Source of the DNA: Macrostomum lignano
Lineage: Eukaryota
NCBI GenBank assembly: GCA_002269645.1
Contig: NIVC01000105.1
Span: 597,992 to 661,991, forward strand
DNA: 64,000 bases
Reading direction: 5' to 3'
Shown one piece after another: positions 1 through 9,566 of the stretch (positions within the stretch are counted from its first letter, which is position 1; every line of letters starts with the position of its first letter). The notes under the pieces were generated by a model. That model searched no databases. It worked only from the letters and a program-made list of their open reading frames with translations, and was not told the DNA's origin. A program made the translations under genes and the position numbers.

Positions 1-1160
1 ACGGATAAGTCTCAGAGCTATCTTTGAGATGAGAACTTGGTTATTTTACGCCCCACGGGCAAATGACTCAAGAAATACTACGGCTGAACGTTAACGAATG
101 AAATTAATGGCTAATTTAATAATGCCGGTTATTATTGAGCTCGGTTTAAAATAAAAAGCAGGCGAGCACGGAATAAAGATAATATTATTACTAATGCACG
201 AGAGATGGATTCGCTTGCTGCGGCGCCGGTGCGCTAGGTCGAACTTAATAAACGGAACGGTTAATTAATGAAAACAACTATTAAATTGAAGGAGACGAAA
301 ATAACAGGAAGTGGTCGTAGTGGTGGAGGAAGGGCGGAGAAAGAAGTTGAGGAAAAACAGGGCACAAAAAGCGGCATAAATAATCAAAAGGGGACGCTGA
401 CAAACACTGGAAACAGACGTTGGGCAACAAAATTCACGGGATGGAATAGGCTCAAATACGTTGGGACACCGCGCGGATAAACAAAATTCAACATAGGGAA
501 CGACGAAAAACAGTGAAGGGACGCGACCGGGCCACGGAAAGGAAGGGGAGCTGGGCAAACGATGGACAAAAATTGGGGTGAAAAGACAGCGGATGGGACG
601 GTATATTATAGTTTTGAATGTGCTTCATATTATTAAAAATTAGGTTCATAGTTACTTACTAACTACTGAATTCACGCCTCAGATTTCACGCCCAAAAATG
701 ATGAAACTGAAACAGTGAAAATAAATAAATAAACGATTGCGCAAGTTATATAACCTTTGCGCACACAATCACAGGCCTAGACGTGCTAAAATAAGGGAGA
801 AAAAAAAGGTATCTAAAAAGGGTATCTAGATTGAATGGATTAATTGGTGTGATAAGAGGTACTTTAGAAGGAATATACGAATGGTACGCTCCTGCATCGC
901 TTCTCTGATTATAGTATTTACGATGGACATATGGCCCATCTAGGGGTTCTTTTTTCTCCTGGGTTAATGAGAGTACCTAAAGGAGGAACTACGAGTAATG
1001 TCGAGTATTCATATACTTGGCTCAGTCTATAAGAGGAGATCTCACGTTCCGTTCGTAATCACGTGACAATTACAAATAATCAAGCTTCTGATTATCTAAC
1101 TCTCGCTGCTTGGAGTCTATCTTATAGAACTCTGGTCTGAGAGGTTACCTGGTTTTACCA

Positions 1161-1350
1161 CTGCTCGAACGATGGGCGCTGCTGCTCGCACGACGGGCGC
1201 TGCTGCTGCTGCTCGCACGATGGGCGCTGCTGTTCGCACGGCGGGCGCTGCTGCTGCTACTCGCACGATGGGCGCTGCTGCTCGCACGACGGGCGCTGCT
1301 GCTCGCACGACGGGCGCTGCTGCTGCTGCTCGCACGATGGGCGCTGCTTC
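1161..1350 (-). repeat. GC-rich 21-30 bp tandem repeat inside the MULE, encoding (A)nPIVR/PVVR repeats on the minus strand
   Basis: Units GCTGCTGCTCGCACGA(T/C)GGGC; ORF 1117-1476(-) reads AAAPIVRAAAAAPVVRAAAPVVR... Confidence 0.85.
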
Positions 1351-1585
1351 TCCAATCAGCAGCTGCTGCTGCGGGTCCAATGACTGGGCAGATTGGCCGA
1401 CTGGCGCTGTCGCAAATGAAGTGGTGAAGACCGTGGCTGCTGCAGACCTCGAGGGTGCCGCCATTGACGATCCCACGGCATGCTTTTAATTAGGCTGAAT
1501 GGTGAGCGCTGACTTAGGTGAAGCAGCCAGGCGTTGAATTCCTGCGTTTAACCAGTAGATAGTTTCGCAAGGGTTCTGCAGTCCA

Positions 1586-3807
1586 TCACATTAAGTACAT
1601 GTAAGTATCAGTAGAGGCAGCAGCATTTTTGGTCTTACTGTCGGCTGACATTCTAATAAAATATTTTCCAACAGTAGCGCCGATGGGTGGTGGATGACCA
1701 ATTCGCTTGTTAACGATGACGCTCCGCGACGATACTGCTGCTGTATCGTTCAGGCTGTTGCGCACGGGCGTGTGAACATTTGCCACTCAGCTGCCGGCTC
1801 AGCAATTGGACTGGCACTTCGAACTGAACCGAAACCCTGCAGAAATGAAGTGGCGTAAACTGAGCAATGCGAAGGTAACGCACCAAGTAAGTAAGGTAAG
1901 ACTGTAGAATAAAAAAAGGCTTACAGTGCCTTCATCCATAGCGTCCAAGTCAATATCGATTTCGATTCCAATACTCTTAAGCCGATAAACAAGACGTCCT
2001 CTGGTGAACTCTTCCAACAGTGGTAAAAATTCGAGCATAGACTTGGAGCGGCCGCCAAGCACGTCGCGCCTCACTGTCCGGTGGTACACCTCGACACTTC
2101 CTTCGCTGTTACGGAAGTCACGCGTGAATGCAGTGCCAGTGAAGTAGCGCTGCGCGTCAACCATCATTCCACTAAAGAGTGGAAAATAGGCATACATGTC
2201 AACAACACGTTTTGCCAATCTCTCGTTCACATACGCACTCTGTATAGCCATGGCGCGATCATGGCCACGTTGACAGTCAGCCTTGATTTGCTGCAGTAAA
2301 AGAGTCGCGTGCGCGAAGAACTGCGACGAGTCACGAATTTTTGCCGAAGGCTCTGCTCCAATTTGAGAAAATTCACATTCGTCTTCAACGTCAGTTGTTT
2401 TATCTTCACCAGACAAGAGGGCTTCAATTACGGGTTGCGCCTATCGAGCATCGATCTGAAGCAAAACAAACAAAAAACTTTGCAGATGGCGCCGACCTTC
2501 AGCCGCATCTTGACTTGCCACAATGTTGGCAAAGCCACGCATGTACACTGTACGAATTGCAGGTTCTGCGCATTTTACTTCCTGCCAATTGCGAAATTCG
2601 TTAATGACATGGCTCCGGCCAAGGACAATTGCAGTGCGCTGCTTAACTTGCTCCAATGTTGCTCTTAAAAATTTTGGCACTCCTGCTTGGCCGTTGGCTG
2701 ACTCTAGGCTGATCAGGTAGCACCATCGAATGTACTCCTTAATATCAAGACCGCAGAACACTATGATGAGGGAATGCAGCGTAGGCCAGTTGAAATCGGT
2801 AACGATTTTCGCTATTCTTAGCTTTCCACAACCAGGAACTTGCTCTAAATCTTGACGCCATTTAGCTAACATGCAAAGCAGTTGAGCTGTTGTGTGGTGA
2901 CACGATACCGCATCAAGGACGGATACTTGATTCAATCCTTTGCCTGGATCACCTGGAAGTACAAGAGCGTAGTGGTACAACGCCTTGTCTGGCATCCCAC
3001 CAGGCCAATGGCAGATCGAAGCTCCAGTTTAGTCTATGACTAGATTGATGGGGATCTTTAAACGTTTCATCGTCTGCAAAAGTTCCGCCAGCAACTTCAC
3101 GTGACATAAGTTGAACACTGACGGAGTGGGGCCATCAAATTCAATCTTGACGTAAGAGCGAAGACGTTCATCATTTTGAACTTTGAGCAGCTTTGAGCAG
3201 CTTTCAACATCACTGTCCTGGCATTGCTTTTCTTTAGACTTTTTGTAGTTTCTGATGTTCAGTAGCGTTCTTTGGGACGGCATCTGCCGGAAATCATCGA
3301 CAGACGCGGCAATAGATGCTTGAGCTGCAGCAATGGATCCCGTCTTGGTTTTCGCCTTAACTGCAGAGTCACGCACCTTTCCTGCGATGAGTGGGTGGGT
3401 GGGAACCAACTGTATCTTGGTTGCTATGTATTTGCTGCCAGAGGCTATTAAGGCCTTCTAGTTGGATGGGTGGCCATGTCGGTTCCTCAGAGTCTTCAAG
3501 CAAAGCATCATTGACAGCTTCAGGCTCTTCCATGATTTCACATTCAAGCAGGACTTCTTTGGCTGCATCAAGAAAGAACACGACATCTATTCTGCTGCAA
3601 ATCGCACCTGATGATTTTTATATTGCTTTCCGTGTACGCGGACTCACTTAAAGAGTTCATTTCATGTAAGAGCCTGTCGAAAACCTTTGAGCGAGCAACA
3701 CCAGACTCGTGCATGAGAGCATCAATTGTAACAGCATCTTTAAGATTTTTCAGCGCTCGCAGAAAATCTTCATCACGACGCACACAGCTGCGTTCCTGAA
3801 AGTGCAA
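1586..3807 (-). pseudogene. MULE/NOF-like DDE transposase pseudogene
   Basis: ORFs 3029-3409, 2441-2995 and 1799-2416 share one frame, separated only by single in-frame stops (TAA 3029-3031, TAG 2441-2443). Motifs: LVID*TG (first catalytic D), LYHYALV, IVTDFNW (second D), VLGRSHV (CxxH-like), FPLFSGMM, NSEGSVEVYHRTV (E). Upstream pieces 3369-3581 and 3568-3807 are frameshifted, and one shift is explained by an extra GGGT unit near 3391-3403. A likely intron (GTAAGC...TGCAG) follows the catalytic domain. Confidence 0.65.
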
Positions 3808-4132
3808 TGTATAGGCTCCATTTTATTCAGACAAAAATGCTTATCAATAAAATAACAGCAGCTGTTAGGATGAAGTTCTGCATTTTATCCTAGATTTTCA
3901 CAGCATCAACTAACCTTCAGCGAATTCTGTATGGAACTTAAAACAATGAGATCAGAAGCATAGACTATGAAGAAAAAGAATTTCATGGCTTTCATAATAG
4001 CAGGATGAGCTAAAATTTAGCAAATTGTGTACTAAGCATAAATTTAATGGGATCTCTTCTATGACGTCATAAGGGACAATAAATGAATAATGCATTAAAC
4101 TTAAAATTTAGTTGAATAACTTAATGTTAATG

Positions 4133-4535
4133 TTTTAGGTCCCTAACAGAGGCTAGCAATAAAAACAAATGCAGAAAACACAATTGAATCTGTATATTGT
4201 GCCAGTAGCTAAATTGGCTTTTTCTGAACTAAATGCTAAGCCCACTGACTGTTTAAAATAAAATCAATCAATATTTAGTAGTAAATAGTATATGCCAATT
4301 GTGCTTTTAGGTCCCTGATAAAGGCTAGCAATGAAAACACATAAAACACAATTGAATCTATATATTGTGCCAGTAGCTAAATTGACTTTTTTGAACTAAA
4401 TGCTAAGCCCACTGACTATTTAAAATAAATCAATCAATCAATATTTAGTGGTAAATAGTACATGCCAATTGTGCTTTTAGGTCCCTGACAGAGGCTAGCA
4501 ATGGAAACACTGAAAACATAATTGAATCTATATAT
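4133..4535. repeat. About 171-bp AT-rich direct tandem duplication (about 2.3 copies) inside the MULE
   Basis: TTTTAGGTCCCT(A/G)A..GAGGCTAGCAAT...CAATTGAATCT.TATATTGTGCCAGTAGCTAAATTG recurs at about 4133, 4305 and 4475. Confidence 0.85.
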
Positions 4536-7178
4536 ATTAAAGAAGTTTAAAATTTGGATATTTGGGGGCATTGGCTAACATAAGCATAAGTTAGCCACTA
4601 TTGTTCTTCTGTATTACTTTATATAAGCAAGAGCACTGTTTATCAAAGCAGATGTCCCCATATAACATGTTAAACTCAAATGAATATAGATAGGAGCCAA
4701 AGAATAGCTAGGCCCCTTAATCTATATATTAAACTGCATTAGAATATATGTCTAACTCTAACATTGATATTTATAATTATAACTCTTGATTTATTTTAAT
4801 GTCAATATTTACTGTAACTTAATAGGCAATGCTTTGCTTTAGTAGTATTTAAATCAACGAATGAGTGCTTGGAGAGTTTACAAGTTATGCTAGTGCTAGA
4901 CTAGGCAAGATTGGAAGAGTCTTAATATTAATATAAGTAGGTCTATAGATAATGAAAAGCTTTTACAACATGTTGTGCTAACATACATACATTCTTGTGC
5001 TAAAAGTGACATTGCAGATCCATTTCAGCAATAATGTACTAAGAATAAGTGAATAACCACAAGTAAAGTAAATCATATTGCTAAGAGTACAATCATTATT
5101 TACTTACTATTTAATTACTAACTAATTAGCAATCACTATCTACATACTAACTATTTATTATTTCACTTTTAGTGATATTTACGCTCACTTAATTGCTCAA
5201 GTATGCAATAGACAATATGTGTTTAATCTCATGATGCAACACAGGTTCGAAGAATCCAATACCATACCATATATACAGTAGTTAGTGATCAACCTCAACT
5301 GCTCGGCGAGCCTTTACAGTGGTCTTGCGCACGGAATTTAAATGGGTGCTATTTTTGTTAAAGTTATAAATATTCCATTGATATTTACAAACTTTGTAGA
5401 ACATATAAATCAAATCGGATTAGTACGCATGGTTGCGCAATGATTAGTGAATAGAAATTATAGAAGCTCAATACATGCGCAATCTCTGCTGCGATTAAAA
5501 TTTGATCACTCCCTTTTCACTCCATTATAAGAACACAAAAACTTTTTTTCTCCCTTATTTTAGCACGTCTAGGCCTGTGATTGTGTGCGCAAAGGTTATA
5601 TAACTTGCGCAATCGTTTATTTATTTATTTTCACTGTTTCAGTTTCATCATTTTTGGGCGTGAAATCTGAGGCGTGAATTCAGTAGTTAGGGTGCGTTCG
5701 AGTGACTTAAAATGACTTAAACTGCCATTTGAACGTCCTTAGTAAAACAAATGTTAAGCAGACTAAATGTAAAAATAATCTAGGTAAATGATAGTCAAAT
5801 TACAATTGAGAAATAATTCAATTTCTAAAACCGGTCTAAGATTAAAAAACGTCGCCTATACTTCTTCCAACTCAACCTGAACGCCTAGGCACCGTTTTAA
5901 CTTCGCTCGCAATTACCACATTTAATCGTAATTGAATATTTTGTATTCTTCACCTTTGTTCTATCATTTGCTTTCACGTCTTTTTGCTCAGTTCGCTGCC
6001 CGTCATTATAGTCTTTGAATAATTGCTTAGTACTAATATTGTTTATTTATTAATTGTTATTACGTAGTAGTTTATTTGGACTTGGAATATAGTCACTATT
6101 ATTGTTGCTACTGTTATTATTTTTCTATTGGAGTTTTGTACTTTTTCAGCTTGGTTCTTATTCTTCAATATAGTATCTGAGTGAACTTCATGTTATAGTT
6201 TTGTCTTTCTATTTATTCCGTAGCTATTGTAATACCAAGGAATTATTCACTTTGGTTAAATCATATTATTTTATTGCTATCTGGCCTATTTTTTTCTCAA
6301 TGAATAGTTGACTGACTTACCTTGTTTTTTATTCTTCTGCTTGTTTGAATATAGTAATTAGCTCCTTATTTATTATCTTTATTCATCACAGTCGACTTAT
6401 ATAAACCAAAAAAAATATTTCTTTCAAATATACCTCTGCATCAATAAGTTTCATATATTTTTTGTATTTTGTGCCAATCTCTGTAACTTTGTTTACAGTT
6501 TCTCTTGTTGCATATACTCATTTTTTGCAAGTAGTGTTAATCTGCACCGCTGGATAACAATGCCTGTATTTGATGTTTTCATAGAAAATGGTGGACAATT
6601 GTGTAGGCTTCTTGTGGAGTCGACTAATTACGACACCGCCGTGCAGTATTTGGTCGGAGGTAGGCAACTTTTTGTTTCTGAAATGACTACTATATAGATT
6701 ATCTGAGTAGATGCTGCTATATAGATGCTGCCCCTTCGTACATGTAGTTGAATATATCCTGCTTGCATACACCCAGCAACTGCAACGCAAGATAATGGAT
6801 TGCTGAGGCTAACACTGAAAGATGTTGAGACAACAACTCGAATTGTCGATGTTTTTGACAACATCGATGACTCTCGCATTCCATTTGCGACTAATGAGTT
6901 TCAACGTCAAGGTACTGTTCGACTCACATCGGTTCATGTGATGTTCAGTTCATAGCATTCGCGTTACCATTTGCCAGTTTCAAATGGCAGCATGAATTAA
7001 ATGATTTCTCGTTGATCTTCTGTTTCAACTGTTTAAATATGAAATACTTGTTCTGCTCTACATATATAGCCTTATGCAAAAGAGCTACTGCGTATGTGTG
7101 CTTTGTGGACATATTGGATTGCAATCAGTGTACTTTTTTAGCATCAGTCTATCAACTAATTCAACCTTATTTTCTCAG

Positions 7179-8306
7179 CGCAGTGCCGAGGTCACGAAGA
7201 GCATCCGGTTTGGTCACAGTGCCATGCTCGAGAAGAGCAACCGGCCAAGTCACATAGCACGGGGCAGGACGAGGAATCAATTCCGACAAAGTTGCATCAA
7301 ACATGGGGACTTGCAGAGAGGGAGGCCTTTCTGAAGCTTGCCATTGAGCACAATCTAAAGCAATTGGATGGTGTTCGTCCGGCCGAAAAGTATGACACCA
7401 TAGCCCACGAGATGCGTGAAATGGGCTTCTATCGTGAAGTCTCGCAGTTGAAGGCTCAATGGTACAATGAGAGGAACAGATTCTGGTACGCACGATCGAA
7501 TGGGGCTGCAGTTGCAGATGTAATTTTAAAAAAATTGTTGCTGATAAAGTTTACTTAACTTTTGTGTTGCATTTCAATGAATAATTTCAATAGGCAGTTC
7601 AAGCATCCTCCAACTTGAGTCAGTCATCGGAACGAGTTAACCGGTCTCCAGCTACAAAGAAAAGTGCCGGTAAGATTATTTTATCTTTGACATGAGGTTA
7701 TGTGATCTATCGCTGTTTGGTCATTATTTCTGTGGGTTACATACAGATACGCAAGCAAAAATTTTTGCATTTATAGATCCTCGCATTAGTGCATGTCGAC
7801 AGTGGCAAGCTTTGCTGTCGGACGAGGAGAGAGATCACGCAAGTACAGCTCGTGTGGAACAAGGTGGTCCAACAGCAACAGCTCCTACAGGTATACATGT
7901 AAGTTCTTGGTCAAATATTTTAATTCCCTTGAAATATGGATCATGTTCATGTACACGAGAGTGCGCATTCTATTCTAATTCGAATTTTCAGACATCTAGG
8001 AAAAGAAGGAGTGGTGCATCCGAATTGGTGCAAACCATTCGGGGGTTTCAAGATTCTACGACCACGGTGATCTTGCGTGTAACCTCTCGCGCCACAGAAG
8101 TCGAAATGTCTAACAAGGAGTTGATGTCTGGTCTACTTGACCGCATCACTCGTGTAGAGGAAACCCAGCTAGAAATTCAGCGTGAGAGAATCGCTGTAGA
8201 ACGACAGCGTTTGGAAAAAGAACGACACGCTTTGGAAGTGAGAGAGAAAGAGGTGGAACTGATGAATAGGATGCTTGAGTTTTGTAACAGAAATGGGCAA
8301 AAATGA
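7179..8306 (+). CDS. Harbinger Myb/SANT-like (trihelix) DNA-binding protein with C-terminal coiled coil; 5' exon(s) not resolved
   Basis: Exons 7179-7519, 7594-7669, 7777-7898 and 7992-8306 splice in frame with GT/AG ends. TWGLAEREAFLKLAIE...YDTIAHEMREMGFYREVSQLKAQWYNERNRF is a trihelix Myb/SANT pattern. The C-terminus (RVEETQLEIQRERIAVERQRLEKER) is coiled-coil-like. The start codon was not identified. Confidence 0.8.
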
Positions 8307-8579
8307 AACAGAATCGGAATTGAATCCGACTAAAGTAACGACTTTAGTAAAGCAATGTAAATGTTTACAAGTTTGCTATTTGAAATCATCAATGAAGCAT
8401 TGTTTCAATGTTCAGACAAACAGTTATGTTGTATGTTTTATGTTATAAATGACTATGTTGTAGTTATGTTGCAACGTAAGCGTTTTGAACTATCAAAATT
8501 ATATCAAGATGCTTCTATCAAGCATCAACCAAACAAGTTAGAAAGATTAGTAAGAATTAAAACGGATTAACAATTAACG

Positions 8580-9566
8580 TTAATTGTACTTCAGAGAGAA
8601 ATTGTGCAGGCAGCATATTGATTCAATTAGCTTGCAGGTGGACTCCATGCTGTCCGAATTTATGTAATTGATTCGTTGCCATCGACTTGATAAAATTCCA
8701 AAAGTTCTCTCGACACACTGACGCAGTTTACTAAGCTTCTTATTGAACTGTTTTTTCCCCGGAGAAAGATTGCGTCCCTTATATGGTGTTAGCAAGTAGT
8801 CGGAACATGGATATGCCGAATCACCAATCAGAAGAAATCCCCACTGGACGTGTAAATGCTGTATTTCTTGTCGAGCAGAAGAATATTGAAAAGCTCTTGC
8901 ATCGTTCGAACTACCGGGCCAGCCAATGAAGTAGTCAATGATGTAGGTCGAACTGGTGCTAATTACCTGTAACTTGACGGAATGAAATTGCTTCCTGTTG
9001 TAATATGACTCGCCATTGTCAGACGGACATCTTATTTTGACTTCCTTTACGTCAATGGCACCAATAATACTTGCTGTAAAGAAATTTCTAGATCGCTGAC
9101 TGAATACCTGAGCATGCTTGTGGCACTCTTCATAGGATGGAAATCGAACCAGATCTCTGCAAAATCCACTCTCGGACATTGCACTTAGAACCCTTCGGAT
9201 TATAAGACAAACCGTGCTCTTAGATAAGTCAAAAACTGTTCCAATAGATTCGTAGGACTCCTGGGTTGCTAAATAGCGAAGAAAAACCAAGACCATTGAA
9301 ATAGCGGTCGTTCCTTTTGGCGAATGCAGAGTTAGGAACGTTGCTAGTTGCAGAACTAACGACTGGACAGCAGTTCGAGGCAATCTAAAATAATCTCGGA
9401 ACTGGTAGTCGTTGAAGTGGTAAACAGTAGTCTCAACGAACTCGGCTACTTTTGCTCTAGGTTCCTTAATGGACCTGGCTACAATAGCTTGAACTTCACT
9501 TACAGAGTCACATTGTTGCTGTACAAAGTCACGAACTTCACCAGTAAAAGAATTTGCTGGTTCCAT
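8580..9566 (-). CDS. Harbinger transposase (HARBI1-like, DDE_Tnp_4 family), 328 aa, intact
   Basis: Uninterrupted ORF from ATG at 9566 (MEPANSF). Motifs FRDYFRL, IIGAID, YYNRKQFHSVKLQ, GWPGSSNDAR, LIGDSAYP, FNKKLSKLRQCVERTFGILSSRW and CCLHNF, with acidic catalytic residues present. Confidence 0.93.
   Translation of the reverse strand: MEPANSFTGEVRDFVQQQCDSVSEVQAIVARSIKEPRAKVAEFVETTVYHFNDYQFRDYFRLPRTAVQSLVLQLATFLTLHSPKGTTAISMVLVFLRYLATQESYESIGTVFDLSKSTVCLIIRRVLSAMSESGFCRDLVRFPSYEECHKHAQVFSQRSRNFFTASIIGAIDVKEVKIRCPSDNGESYYNRKQFHSVKLQVISTSSTYIIDYFIGWPGSSNDARAFQYSSARQEIQHLHVQWGFLLIGDSAYPCSDYLLTPYKGRNLSPGKKQFNKKLSKLRQCVERTFGILSSRWQRINYINSDSMESTCKLIESICCLHNFSLKYN

Larger units (their letters stand above)
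660..5689 (-). mobile_element. Mutator (MULE) superfamily DNA transposon, NOF/Foldback-like, non-autonomous (disrupted transposase)
   Basis: 660-806 (TAACTACTGAATTCACGCCTCAGATTTCACG...AGGGAGAAAAAAA) is the exact reverse complement of 5543-5689. Removing the adjacent Harbinger leaves flanks GTTACTTAC (651-659) and GTTTCATAC (12042-12050), a possible decayed 9-bp TSD (7/9). An internal DDE-type transposase remnant lies on the minus strand. The exact termini are uncertain by a few bases. Confidence 0.75.
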
